This document shows, in pieces, positions 32,088 through 46,829 of a stretch of DNA of 64,000 nt. The stretch lies in NCBI RefSeq assembly GCF_009914755.1, contig NC_060930.1; one strand, given 5' to 3'. The notes beneath the pieces are model-generated. The model did no database searches. It had not been told where the DNA came from and saw only the letters and a list, made by a program, of their open reading frames with translations. The stretch is from the human T2T-CHM13v2.0 reference genome, Homo sapiens. Position numbers and translations under genes: made by a program. Within the stretch, counting starts at the first letter, position 1. The number at the start of each line of letters is the position of its first letter.

Positions 32088-33050
32088 CACTCAACAAATG
32101 TTTATTGATCAATATCTAAGTGCCAGTAACTGTTGTAATTGTTGGAAATGAGCTGGTCAACAAGATAGGCAAAGTTTCTCCATTATATACTTTGTATTTT
32201 AGGAAAGAAATTTGAATTAATTAATATCAATTAGTGATAAGTGATTTTAAGACAAAATATCCCAAAATACATAATAAGGAAAAACAGCAAGGGCTGTTTT
32301 GGAGGCAGTGGCCAGGGAAGTCTTCTCTGAACAGGGATATAAATTAATGTGAGTATTTTAGGAAAGAGTATCAAAGGCGAAAAGAACAGCAGTGCAAAGG
32401 CCTGCGGGCAGGAAAATGCTTAATATATTTACACAAAAGCAAGATGGACAGTTAAAGAGAATAAGGGAAGGCCATGTAGGTAGAAATGAGGTCACAGAGG
32501 TGATTAGAAACCAGATAATGTGGCTTCTTTACTTGTTTGTTGTTGAATTTGGAATTGATTCTGAGAATTATAGGAAGCCATTGGAATATTTGAAATAAGA
32601 AAGTTCTAATCTTATTGATATCATAAAAAGCTTACTGTAGATAATATACACTCAATGGAGCTTGGATTCGGGGGAAGAATGGAAGCTAAGGTATATTTGG
32701 GAAGCAGGGACTGATCCAGGAAAGGGAAATAATTAGACTGACCTGGAGTGGAAATGGTGAATATACTGAGTAAAGTTTGTATTCAGGGTATACGTGGAAG
32801 GCAGAGCCTATAATACATGCTGATGGACTAGATGTATGGGGTGAGAATAAAAAGTTTAGTGAATGATTTGTAAATTTGTATTCCTATCAATAAAATAGAA
32901 ATAAAAATTAAAGAAGACAAGCAAATTTACTAAATTATAGAAGACCAGTTACAGATTGGAGGATAGATCACAATTTCTGTTTAAATACATTAAATTTGAG
33001 AAGCTTATTGGCTACCAGATATGTAACAAGTTGAAAATATGAGTCTCTCT
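32088..33050 (-). mobile_element. L2 fragments
   Basis: Starts cactcaacaaatgtttattga (reverse of the L2 3' end), followed by purine-rich L2 body motifs. Boundaries approximate. Confidence 0.6.
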
Positions 33051-34289
33051 TGAAGCAGAATTATTAATAGTTTCAATAAAATAAAGTATGGTTTAAAGAA
33101 AAGCAGTGTTATCCCATAGTCCTGTCTAATTTTCTGGTAATAGAGCTAGAAAATGGCAGAGCAAAGATTTTTACCTAAGAAGTGAGGCTCCAGAACCCAC
33201 ACTTCAAACCACTATACTATACTTTTGATATATGAAACATCGTCAAGATTTGTTATCAATATTTCTAAGCTAAAGTTGATTATTTTAGGTAATAAAGCTA
33301 AAACAATCTTGTACTCTGACAGTCTACTTAACAAACATCACTGTCAATTAAATTTAATCATCACAAACCATGTTTTAAGATCTGGGCAAAACAGTTTCTA
33401 TTATCTCAATGACTTTACAATCCAGTGGACTGTTAGTATATTTCACTCTATTGACAGTAACATTTGAAGATAAAATGTTGTGGCTTATCCTTATTTTCTA
33501 CAAGAAATAAGGAGTACATAATACAGAAAAAACCCAGCATCCTTCAGGTGACTTGTTCCTCTTTCCTGTGTCTTTCCAGCCTACTTTGAGTGGTTTCATG
33601 CCATTGCTGACCTCTGTTTACCTCACTAACCTCTGGTTATTTTCAGCTCTCTTTTTTTTCAACTGTATGTCCAATTCTCTCTATGGTTTCTGTTTTCCTC
33701 ATTAAGATATTAACAGATTCTGTGTTCTATAAAAGATACATAGGATATTTCTCTATGTGGTTATCTAACTTGATTGGGAGACAAAAGGCAAAGTAGGTGG
33801 CAACCAGAAAGTGAGAATAATATTCTGAAGATATCATTTACCCATAATAATAAAAAAACTCTAGTAATAATCAAATATCAAATGTTAAGAATACTTTGCT
33901 CCAAAACATGTAATATTGAGATATCTTTGTGCTATGTTACTGGGCTAGATAAATATTTTAGTTTCTAGGTTTTTAAAAAGATTTTTCCACACAAAATCAG
34001 TATGTAGGGTTCATGATAATAATTATAGTTTTTAACAGCATTCCTTTTGTTATGCCAAATTGATTTGTATGTCTTTTCCAGCATACTACCAGTGCCCCTA
34101 GGAAGGGGACTATGTTACATTTTCCACTGAATGGCCGGGGCTAATATGATGGCTGGCACATACTGATGTACTTGATGGTCAGTAAACATTTATTGGAAAA
34201 AACTAAGAGAAACATATTGAAAACACACGTTTATCTAAGTACATACATATTTCTTTTTCCCTTTTGTAGATAACTGTATTGAAATGAAT

Positions 34290-35678
34290 ATTCATTAAAT
34301 TATCTAAACTTTTCATTCTTTCCTCAAGCCATTCTAATGTAGCTTTCATGTCTTCTTGCCACTAGGACTGTTATAGTGAAATTCCAGAAATCCTATTGTG
34401 CTGTTAAATACAAAGCACAGTTTTTGATCTTCATCTTATTCAAATCATCTACATACTTAACTACCACCTTCTAAAAAACTTGGTTTCTCTCTAACCTTCT
34501 ACCTCTTTCTCCTATTCATTATCAATCTCCTCTGCTGGCTCCTTCTCTTTGTAGCCTCTAGTTTGGAATTTATCATGGCTTAGTATTCAACTTTTTTCTT
34601 TCTCCATTCTCCCCAGAAGCAATGTCATATATTCAAAAAGGCTATAAAGATATCATATATTGATGAGTCCCAAAATCATATCTCTACTTCACACTTCTCT
34701 GAAATACATTTTTATATAACCAACTGCTTATTTAGAATCATTATTTAAATATCTCATGGGTACCTTAAACATAACATGTACAGTACTGAACTGCTGATTC
34801 AGTCTCTCCATTCTAACATGTTCCTCCAACCACCTGTCCCATCACAGGAAATTTATTATCATTACTCTATTGCTGAAGTCCTCCCTGATTTTTCATTATC
34901 TTCTATCTCACACATCTACTCAATACAATGTCTTGCTAATTTTTCTTTCATAACACATTTCAAATCCAGCCTTTTCTCTGAATTTGCTTTGCCACAAATA
35001 TCAAACCATCATTATCTTTTACATAATAATTGTTAGAGCCTAGCTGGTTTCTTCACTCCCACTTTTAACCTCCTTCTAGATCTTTCTTTATGGAAGAATA
35101 GGAATATTTTAAGAACCTGAATAAGATCACATCATTTCCCTTTTGAAAAAACTTGTTAGTATATATGTCAATTGCACTTGAATAAAATTCAAACTAATTA
35201 CTATTTTTCTGACTCTCAACCTAACCTGACCCTGTTTACTTCTACAGGCACTTCTGTACTTTTGCCCCCACCATAGTTACTGTGCTCAACTCCCATTATC
35301 CACTCTTTACTGTCCCATACAGGACAAGATCTTTTCCTCCTCATGACCCTTGTTTATGCTGATACATCTGACAGCACATCCATACCCTCACTCTTCCTTT
35401 GGATTATTTCTTTTTATCACACGGGTTATAACTTAAAGGTCCCTTCCTTAGAGAAAACTTTTCTACTATCTACATTATTTTTCTATCACAGTAACTTTTT
35501 CTTTTCCTTCTGACTACTATAGTTTGAATTATATTTTATTTTTCTATTGCCTTGATTTATATGTCATTCCTGGTACATTGTAAATGTCACTAGGTAGAAG
35601 CCTATCTCCATTCCATCCTGCATTGTATTCAGCACACTATTTGTATGCTGCTAACCAATTAGTGTTTGTTGAATGAAT
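34290..35678 (+). mobile_element. L2 3' region
   Basis: Pyrimidine-rich L2 body ending gtttgttgaatgaata. Confidence 0.6.
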
Positions 35679-35999
35679 ATAAAATTATATTTACAAAATT
35701 GCCTCTATAAATTAGGTTAAAGAGTTGAGCAAGCAAAATGTAAGTATTTTTACCCATAACTCGTTTAATTAAAATTTGAAACACAGGATGGCCCTTTAGA
35801 TGCCTTTATATTACAAGAAAAACAACCAACCAAATATGAGAGTTCAATAGGCACCAGTCTTGAGCTACAAGAGTCATCAACCTTACTCTGAGAAATAAGG
35901 GCCACATCATGTGAACAGTCTGTCTTGAAACCAGAGATGACAGATGAAATGGAAGTGCAATTAGCACTATTACACTCTTTCTCTTTGTCCTCTACACTT

Positions 36000-36315
36000 A
36001 AGAAACATTTTCCCCTTTTCCCAAGGTCTATCATTAAGAAATGCTTAATGCTGCTGAAGATGAGCTCAAAAGAATTGGTAAATTATTTGAAAATTTAGCA
36101 ATTTGAAAACTAAGTAAGCTCAAAGCCATTTACCACTATCCCATTTAAACATGCATCAAGAAACATTTTCCCCCTTTTCCGAGATCTTTCATTAAGAAAT
36201 GTTTAATGCTGCCAAACAGGAGCTCAAAATAAGTGGTAAATTATTTGAAAATTTAGCAATTGGAAAACAAAGTAATCTCAAAGCCATTTACAACCACCCT
36301 ACCTAAACATGTGTC
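36000..36315. repeat. Tandem duplication, 2 x 158 bp, about 85% identical
   Basis: Units 36000-36157 and 36158-36315 both begin aagaaacattttcccc. I count about 23 mismatches in an ungapped hand alignment. Confidence 0.95.
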
Positions 36316-36645
36316 AGGTAGCTCCTAGGCTTTAGGGACTAATAAAAACAGAGCCCTGGGTGAGTTTTTCTGGTTGCTTAGCAAGTCACTAGAGGAAAAA
36401 TGCAAGCTGGTAGAAGAATAGGTCCTATTGCCTCTTGTGTTGGGTGGACTTCCTGAGGAGCTATACAAGGCTAGGACATTAGAATATGTAATATCATGGA
36501 TGCTAATCTTCCACAAGATAGTGCCTCCAGGTTCAAACACTGCCCTACCTGGTAGCTCTGGCCCTTTTTGGGATAACTATTTTAAACCAGGAAAGATTTA
36601 TAGGAAAAAAAGTGCTTACAGGACAAAATAATTAGCCCCATTTAG

Positions 36646-36750
36646 CTTTTCTTTTTCTTCTGTTTCCTCCTCTTCCCCCACTTCTACTCCATCCTCCTTC
36701 TCTTCTTTCTTATCCTACTGCTGCTCCTCTTCCTTTTTCTTCTTCATTTC
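36646..36750. repeat. CT-rich low-complexity tract
   Basis: Almost purely pyrimidine on the plus strand. Confidence 0.7.
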
Positions 36751-37282
36751 AAGAGCATAATCCCACAGAGATTTTGTTTCCCTGAGACTGATACATAATG
36801 AGTTGAAGCGGAAAGAGTGAAATTAGAGATCAGGAGACCCCAAAGTGCCTGGAAAACCTCTGTTGCCTCCCAAGAGCACACAGAACTTCGCCCTTCTTGA
36901 AAAAATCCATTAGACAGGAAATCATTCAGAATTTTAGAGGAGTCTGGTGAAGTCTCTCTTAGATTTCCAAACCCTGCAGGCTGTTTATCAAAATCTTATA
37001 CAGCCTCATACAAACCCTGTGATCTACAAAGATGTTATCTAAGACTCCAGAAAGGAAAGCCCTTTCATGTAGTTTTCTATATGTGATAGGGCTCACAGAA
37101 GTAGATGGTCATCATTCAAACTGGTTCTGTGGAGGTGAGTCAGTGGTCAGATCTGAAGAAGTAAGTGTGATCTATGCATGTCTTCCGAACAGAGTCTATC
37201 TTAATGGATTATATAGATAGTACTACAGATCACATGAATTATCCCTCTGCTTAGGCTGTGTATACTACTAAAGTAAATGAAT

Positions 37283-37285
<3 letters not shown>

Positions 37286-37330
<45 letters not shown>
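37286..37330. repeat. Perfect (TG)22 microsatellite
   Basis: Uninterrupted TG run. Confidence 0.97.
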
Positions 37331-37331
<1 letters not shown>

Positions 37332-40300
37332 CTCTGCCTGAAGCATCTACCAAAAAGGTGGCCAAGCTCTCAAGAATATATATAATGCTGGTATTCTTTT
37401 CTTCCCTTATGACAACTTGACAACACACAACAGGAATTCTCATTCCCCTAATCTGCATTATTTCTCTCTTTTTTTATTTTTGGGTGGAACATGTTCCATC
37501 AAATTTATGTGCTTCGCTCTCTGTATCTCTGTCTCTTTCTCTTGGTTTAGAATAATTCATCTATAATGGCTCCTGAGAGTCATTGCCTGGGACACTGCAA
37601 CGTAACATTGTTTTATTTATTTTCCTAGGTTATCCACAATATCCTGTCATGAAAGTTTAAAATGTCTTTTCCTAGGGGAGGATGATAATCATGTTTTCTG
37701 TCTGATAACCTAACAATGTATGGCCCAAACTTTTCAAAACATTTTCAAGTATGTCAGTCAATTAATTGTTAATTCAAATCAGTTTTCATCTTTCTCAAGG
37801 TTAAAGAGGAGAATAAAATCAAAGACCATGAATAAAACTATGGGTCCATAATTTTATAAATTTGTATGAAGTCTGAAGAACATCAAGAATTTGTGAAATT
37901 TTCCACAGAGTAGAAGCACACAAGCTCCATCTAAGTTTTATGGGGTGACAACAATATAAACATGAAATAGTCACTTCTTCTCTGGTGTCTGATAATTGGT
38001 AGTGAAAACTTTAAGGATAATTTTCTTTTTCCTTATTGAATTTGGCTACCAGAACTTCAGGGGATTTGCTTCAATGGCAATGCTTCTGAAAGCACAAGTT
38101 CATTGATTTGCTGTATAATTTTAATCTGCAGGGAGATCTTCTAGCAGACTAAAGAATGCAGGAATAAGGATCTTAAGGAATGCACTGAATCTCACTTTTG
38201 TTTCTAGTCTATCCAAAAGAAGGTGCAATAAGAAGGGAAATGGAAAGCATAGCTCAGGGGAGAAGTCAAGGTTAATACTAGAGACAGATGCGCAGGCAAC
38301 AAATATTGCTGCAGAAAGTTGATGAGGCAAGAGGTCAAGATGCATTGTTTTAGAGGCAAGGTCTCAAAAGCACATTGACTATGTATCAAACATATGCCAG
38401 AGTTATCTTTCAAAATAAAAGTCTGACCAGGTGATTCCTCAGTTCAAAAAGTCATGACTGGCTTACCACTCTTCTTGAAAACAGTAAAACAATTTAATCT
38501 AGCACACAATATCACCAGCTATTTCTTATTGAATATTGATTTTTCTTATTGAAAACATGGTGAGAAACTTACTTAGGTTACCCCCAAATTTTAAATATAT
38601 GGGATTTTCTCGACTTTTCACAATGATTAAGTTTAATTACATGTCAATTATTTTCGATATCCATGATCCTAATATAAGAAGTGCCAATGGCCTTCTTATA
38701 CACTAACTACATTTGTAGATATTGAGTTTTAAAAGCAAAAAAAGTTTGAATGTTAAAGTTATATGCCTGACTACGGCCAAGTTCATATTGGAAATACCAT
38801 TGTTTTTAATTTAAATTTAAGTACTTTGTATTTAACTCCAAATAGCAAAATCAAGAAATTACTCTGTGTCAGTCATCATATCAGAACAATTTAATAACGC
38901 ATAATTACTACAGGTGCAAATTATCAGTGTGACTAATATATATAGTTATATATAACATAACTAAAACTCTGTGGTCCTACTGTCAATAGCATCCTCTGAA
39001 TTTTTTTTTTCTAAATTCTCACCTAATTGAAATCAAATACCTTAAAGATTTCCCTGAGACCACTGTTTATGACTCACCAGTCCTAGAAACTGATATCTGA
39101 TACAGAACCCTGAGTATGTACAAGTAAAAGAGCCATGAAACATTTCAGAAGTCAAATTGTTTGATCTTTCCTACTATTTTGGTAAGAATACATGGAATTA
39201 GCAGACACTATAGGTAAATTCGTGGGTCATCGATGTGAGGATCCCAATACTCAACTGATTTTTGAGAACTGGCAAGTAGAAATTTAAAACTTTCTTTTTC
39301 TTACCACCAAATATCTATAACATTTAGGGAAGCTTTTCTTAAGTCACAGAATGTTCAACTGACTGCTCATAAGAAAAGACATTTATTTCATGAAACATCT
39401 TACGTTCCTCCATTGGAAATAATGTCCTCATTCTCTGAATCTGTATAATGTTATGTGTTTACATTTTATGCTGCTTACCCATTTCTTTTCTGTGTTATAA
39501 TTGTTGTTTTGCATGTTGTATCTCTTCTCTACGAATCTGAGTTTCTTAGGATAAAAAAAATCTTAAATAGTTGTTAGAATCTAAGTTCAACAATATACAC
39601 ATATTAAGTGCTAAAATATGTGTCATAAAGGATATATTAAAAAATAACATAACCTCACATCTTTCCATTCACACTCCTTGAAAGTAACTTGCAAGCTTTC
39701 CTACCTGTTCTCCCTAGAACAATGTCTCCTTGTATTCAAGAAGACTTGCTACACTTGACCTCCTATATAGACTATTACTTGAGCCAATCTGAGCAAACAA
39801 ATTTGGACTGCATACCTTTATTTTGCCATCCATAGCATCTTGTTTTTATACCTCTATCAACACATATTAGTTAATATATTATCATTTGTTTACCCATTTC
39901 TCCCTTGGAGTATTATTCTATACCAACCCAAACAGCCACAGTTGTCACACACCAATGAATACACTGATCATTTTATACTTATCTTTAACTAATTTATCAT
40001 TAGAAACATTAAGTTGGCATCTTCATTTTAGAACATTAAGAACAATGTCTTCTGAACACTTTCAAGCCTCTCTCATTTTCTACAACATACTGTGGCAATA
40101 CATATTTTCTTTCTCCTTTCAGATTGAAGTGAGTCAGCCTTATAGTCAGAAAGTCTTTGAAGCTAGTCTTCAAACTCTGGGAATGTGCACACAGCCTTCT
40201 CCTTACTTGGGAATTCAAGTGCAAATGACATGAAAACAGTTACAGAAAGTAAGGCAAAACCAAATCAAACACTATCATACAAGGACACCATCTAACATCC

Positions 40301-40746
40301 AAAATATATCAAAAGCAGCAAGCAAGATATGCTGTGTTGTACGTCAGTATCCCTGAGCTGCATGGAGAGCAACAACCAACAGGTCTTCCTTCCTACGCAT
40401 TAACTCTTTTCTTAGTTTCATTTATTTTTAATTAAGGGGGGAAAAGCTTAAAGCAGGTGGTTTCTGTATGAATAAAAAAAAAGACTCCTAAGCCAAAAGA
40501 GAAGTATAAAACCCTGCCGTTTCTCAGTGGCAATGCCAGAAAAAGCAGAGAAACAGAGATTGGTTTTTATCATAAAAAACGCAATAGATGCAAGTTATAT
40601 TTTCTCCCACTGCCTTGCCAGAATTTAATTATTTCTAGAATAAGCTAGCAGGTGTAAAATGCACAGTTCCATTTGTTATCATGTAAGAACCATGTGAAGA
40701 AAAGAAGTTTTGGTTAAAAAAAAAAAAGAAAAAATTGAAGGCACTA

Positions 40747-41095
40747 AGTCTTAGTCTGTTCAGGCTACTGCAAAAAAAGATACCATAAACTGGTTGACTT
40801 ATAAATAACAGAAATTTATTTCTCATAGATCAGGAGGCTGGGAAGTACAAGTTGAGGGATGTTTAGTGTCGGCTTTCTCACAGATGGTGCCTTCTAACTA
40901 TGTCCTCATAGGCTGGAAGGGACTATCTAGTTATCTGCAGCTTTTTTATAAGAGCACTCATCCCAATCATGAGTACTTCACCCTCATGACTGAATCACCT
41001 CCCAAAAGCCCTACATTCTAATACCATAGTCTTAGGGGTTAGAACTTCAACATTTGGATTTGGGTGAGGGAGATACAAACACTCAGGCCATAACA
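40747..41095 (-). mobile_element. MLT1A-like MaLR solo LTR
   Basis: gtcttagtctgttcaggct ... cagaaatttatttctca ... tcacctcccaaaagccc ... ggccataaca. Confidence 0.85.
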
Positions 41096-41889
41096 GAATA
41101 GATAAGCTAATCTTTATATAAGTTAATGTATTCTGTGCTCACCAAAAGAAATCTGAGTATGGCTCAGAGTGAAAAGATCTAGAACTGTATTTTGGTTGCA
41201 GAGTGAAAACTTTCTGACGTAGTGCTCATGGATATAGGGTTTGTATTCACTGGACAAACTACATTCTAACATTTGCTATCTATGAATAAGCGACCAACAT
41301 CTCTGAGCCTGTTTCCTCATCATCACCATAGGAATAAATAATGATTCTTACATCACAAAATTGTTTTAATCATTCAATAGGGTAAAGTATCCAAGACATT
41401 TAGCCTGGCAAATAGTTAGGCTTCCTTCATAAATAATAACGTTTTAATGGAAGCTTATGGCTCAAGTGATATTTTAAATCACTCTAAATATTATTGTAGA
41501 AAACAATGCATTATATCTTTAGCAGTGTATGATATTGCATTCAACAGACTGTTCCACAAAATTCTTGTGCTTAGTTGTGATTAACACCACAATAATTGTA
41601 ATCCATTCATGTTTTCGTTCATGTATAATAATCAACAAAATTTTATTTAGAATCTACTATGTTGTATCTGCCTGGAGAACAGAAGTAGGTAATATGTGCA
41701 CAGTTCCTGTTTTATGGAACTTATTGAAGAGGAGAAAAGCAGACCAGAGAGGGAGAAGGGAATAGAGAAGAAGAGGAAGGGAGGTGAGAGTAGTTGGTCA
41801 AATAATAAATATATAGCCACAAAAATAATTGATGAATTACAATTTTAGTAATTGCTATGAAGACAAATTATAAAATGCTGCCTAATTTC

Positions 41890-42660
41890 TTGTGCGAATG
41901 CAAAATGGTACAAATATTTTAGAAAACAGTTGGGCAGTTTCTAAGTAAACATACTGTTACTGTATAATCCAGTGAGTGTGTGCCTCGATGTATAGCAAAC
42001 GAATTGAAAACATGTTCACACAAAAAACTCCACAAGAATATTGATAACAGCCTTATTCATGATTGCCAAAACTTGAAAACAATCAAGAAAAACTTTAGTA
42101 GGTTGAACGGATAAACCATGGTACATCTGGACAATGGAACATTATTCAGCCCTGACAGGGGCTCTCATGCCATGAAAAAATCCTGGAAGGATATTAAATC
42201 CCCATTATTAAGTGAAAGAAGCCAATCTAAAAGGGCTATATACTGTATTACTTCAACTATATGGCATCCTTACAAATGCAAAACTATGAAGACCCTGAAA
42301 AGATCAATGATTGCCAGAGATGGAGGGGACAGAGGAATTCACAGGAGGATCACAGAGGATTTTTAGGGCATTGTTACTATTCTGTATCTATAATGGTGGT
42401 TACATGTCATTATGCATTTGTTCAGACCCAAAGAATGTACAAGACCAAGAGTGAACTCTAATGTGAACTACAGACTTTGGGTGATAATGATGTAATATAG
42501 ATTTATTGATTGTAACAAATGTACCACTCTGTCATGGGATGTTGATAGTGAGGGAGCCTGTGCATGTGTGTAGGGATGGGTATATGAGAACTCTCTGTAT
42601 TTTCTGCTCACTTTTTCTGTGTACCTAAAGCTCTTCCAGAAAATAGTTTAAGAAAAAAAG
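41890..42660 (+). mobile_element. L1MC1/2-like 3' end inserted into an L2 remnant
   Basis: gagtgaactctaatgtgaactacagactttgggtgataatgatg ... tgtaacaaatgtaccactctg is the L1MC 3'UTR. L2-like sequence lies on both sides. Confidence 0.8.
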
Positions 42661-43026
42661 AGTTACCTAAGCACATGTTGTGGCAGTATTATGAGGTTTA
42701 CCTGAAAAAGAGGGACATATGCTAAAACCTGAAAGATGAGTAGAATTGGGATAGTGGGCAGGAAGGATTGGAGATCATTCTAGTTAAAGTGTAGCATGTG
42801 CAAAGACACACAGCCAGAATTTTGAAGGGAATATTTGAGCAACTGAAGGCTAAATAGGGGGCTACAGTACAGGGTTAGAAGATCAGGAGGAAGTGAGGCT
42901 AGAGAAGTTATCAGGAAGGGGTCAAACTGCACACAGCCTTGTAGACTACGGCAAAGTTGTAGGACTTCGGAATGGATTTTGGAATCCAATCTGTTTTTAT
43001 TTTAGAGAGTAGCTTAATAATATCTT

Positions 43027-43315
43027 TGTACAGACATTGTGGCTCATGCCTATAATCCCAGCATTTTGGGAGGCTGAAGCAGGACGGGTGCTTGAGGCCA
43101 GGAGTTCCAGACAAGCCTGGCAACATAGTGAGACCTCATCTCTACAAAAAATATTATAAAAAGTTAGCTGGTTGTGGGAACACATGTCTGTACTTCCAGC
43201 TACTTGGTAGGTTGAGGCAGGAGAACCATCTGAGCCCAGAAGTTTGACGCTGCAGTGAGCTATCATCATGTCACTGCCCTCCAGCCTGGGCAGCAGAGAA
43301 AGAGCTTGTCTAAAT
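43027..43315 (+). mobile_element. AluJ
   Basis: gcttgaggccaggagttc, caacatagtgagacctcatctc and tgagcccagaagtttgacgctgcagtgagctat are AluJ-type. Confidence 0.88.
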
Positions 43316-43827
43316 ATATATATTTAGTTATATAATATATTAACTATATATAGACAATAATATAGTTATTTATCTTAAAAATAAATGGATATTGCATTTA
43401 GTTATCTATCTTAAAAATAAATGGATAACATTTATGGCATAGAGGAAAGAACACTGATCTACCATTCTGTAAGTATGGGCATTTAAAATTCTGTGCCCAA
43501 CTCTCCAATGGGTTAACAATGTTATCTTCAATATAGCCAAGCTTTTAATTCATCCACATGTTCATGCTGTAAGTGAAGAAACAGGCTCAGAGAATTTTCC
43601 ATCTAATTGAAGTCTAAAATGTTAAGCCATTACTTTTTTGAGTCAATATATGACATTAAATATATTCTAGGTTTCTACCAAATACATTCTTCCACCAGCC
43701 ACATTAAGCAAAAATCTGATGCATAAAGATGAAAGGTGGGCATTCATTATCTTTAATATCTACATAGGTCTATGAGGTGGTCATTATTTTACCATACTCC
43801 ATTTACCAATAAAAACTGCTGTTGTAA

Positions 43828-44178
<351 letters not shown>

Positions 44179-46829
44179 TAAGGCAACTTATTTTAAATAT
44201 TCTACTTCTGAAAATATTAAACTACATTTTTCATTATACATTATACTTATTTAATACAGAAAACTTCCTCTTTTCATTAATATTTATGTCTTTATTCTAG
44301 TTTGCACCATCTCCTCCCCCAAAACCCTCACATATCTTGCATTACAAAATACTGTCACTGTGTTGCTTAGAAATGCTCAGAACACACATCCCTCCATCTT
44401 TTTCCCCCCCATAGCACTCATTGCTGCCCATAAACAAATTAACAAATAAATAAACACAATAATTTTGTTTCTTCCCCCATGCATCCTCTGCTTTTTAGGT
44501 GGTAGATTTCATAAAAGCTAGGATCTTGGCTCTCTGTTACCAGAGCCTAATTGATCTGGGGAGAGGAAAATACATTTTTTGTGTTTTTTTTGTTGTTTGT
44601 GGTAAAACTTGTCCTGAGAAGCAGATCGAGCCTTATTTCTTATGGCTATTTTATATTTAGCATTCTCATTAGCAGTACTGAGCAAACCCTCAGGGTGGAC
44701 TTCCACTATGTGGTGCAGATTAAGTTTCAGCGCTTTTAGAGATACCTTTCTAATCCTTAGGAGGAAGCCATTATCTTTTGTCCATTGAGAAATCTTTCCT
44801 AACGACTACTTTACTCAGAGTTCGCCAATTGCTTTATTATTTTTTAATATTACTACCAAATAAGCGTCCTAGCTAATGCTTTTATTTCCCTCATCATACA
44901 GTTTTCTTCATTTTGTACCCAATGCTGACTTCCTTATTATCCCACACATTATTTGTCTCTTCCATACAGCTGAATGTTCTCTTTGGATAACAAACTGAAA
45001 CTAATTGATTTTTATATTATTTTAAGGATCTGCAAAAAATGGTGCTCAACATATATTAGAGAAAACTATCAAATTTCACCCGAATAAGAGCATTATTGAT
45101 TTTTTTAGTGCATTGCAAGAGGATGTGAGCCTGTACTCTTTTCCTTAATTTGAATGTAAGACTAGTGTATATGTATTTCTTTATAAGTTTTCCAAATACA
45201 TTGTTTTAGTGAGTATCCAAAAGATGTGTTTTGACTGATCTAAAATACAAATTACTTGAATTCAAATAAGGATAAATGTCAAAACCACAAAAATATCTAC
45301 TTAAAAGAGCATTACGAGTTTGTCTAAAATGGCATCTTTGCTTTATTTCCTATTAGGAGATAATAAATATTTTTTAATAGAACAAGTCATCTCAAACACA
45401 GAAAACACTTGGTAAATATTTATTAATAATATTGATGACTTTATCACATGAGAAAATAAAGACCAGAAACATAGACATACATCAAAATGTTTGTCTGTCT
45501 TGCTATACTGGTGTCTTCTGTGTTAGGTTTATTTTGAAGATGACATTTAAAAACTGAACACCACAAATAGGCTGTCCTTCTGTAGAACTCAGAACCCTTT
45601 TTTCTCAGAAAATAGTTTCTCCATTTTTTCTTCATTTTAATACAAATACAGCTTCCACACTATATAAACATCTGTGTTTTAATTTAAGGGCTGTAATTAA
45701 CACTTTCATCGACTCTATCATTTACCAAACACAATAAGCCTGACCAATAGACACTCATCGGTTAATGCATGGAGATCAATCTTGTTTGGCAGAATTTCAT
45801 TTACTGAGGAAGAAATGAGCAGTTCTGATCAAATGAAAAAGAGAATGATCATTTTTCTTGAATTCTTAAGCAAGTTTAGGACATTCAAAAATTGTATTCT
45901 GTCATTTAAATTCTTTTACAGAACATTTGAATTTCAAAATGATGTAAGTACTTTAATCTTGTTTGGAATCACTTTTGTAATTGGATCTGCTTAAACAAAT
46001 AATATTCACTAATTATCAGCTTGTCAGAGATTGTCATAGCTCTAAACATTAAGAAAAACCTGAGAGTTCAGACTTTTAATGTTATCTTCAAAAAATTAAT
46101 TCTCAGAAATAAAGAAAAAAACAGCTTCCCATCTCCCTACCCAGCAGGGACTATTTACCTCCCACATCACTCTTCATCATTAAACAAGAATAACTGTAGT
46201 AATATTAATCCTATCTAATCCTGTAAATATGTAGCTGAATTAACATTTTTATATGATGACCTAATTAGTGAAACTTTTAAAGTAGCTTAAATAAAAGGAA
46301 TCTGGGAAAAAAGTGCCATTTTTCTGAAGATCTCTGAGAAGAAAGATATTAGAGGGAAGTTCAGGTGAACATAAAAGGATTTAATGTGAAGAGAATTGCT
46401 ACAAATTGTTAGGTAAAAGCCTTATTGCTTTGAATTGTGCTTTGTTGTTTCATGTTCAATTAAAAATTCAATACAAACATATTTCAATTATTTGAATTAT
46501 TTGAATGTTCTTTACACAGATTGCATGTGCTACTGTATCAGCTGGTGTAGTTAGAGTACACATGCAAGACAATTTTTAATTTTTAATTTTTTACATGTTA
46601 ATGGAGAATCTGATTGCCAAATTAATGACTTTTGAACAATCCCATAAAGCCTTCTAGTAACTCTGAAAAACAAGACAACCATTCAAGTTGAGATACCTGA
46701 GAAGCCTAATTAGAACAACAAAATCCTTTTTTTAAAAGACACATTGAATTACATGAATGAAAGAAAATCCATTCATGTTTTCTTAATAAATATATTCATA
46801 GGTCCTTTCATTCTAAAACAATCACAAAA

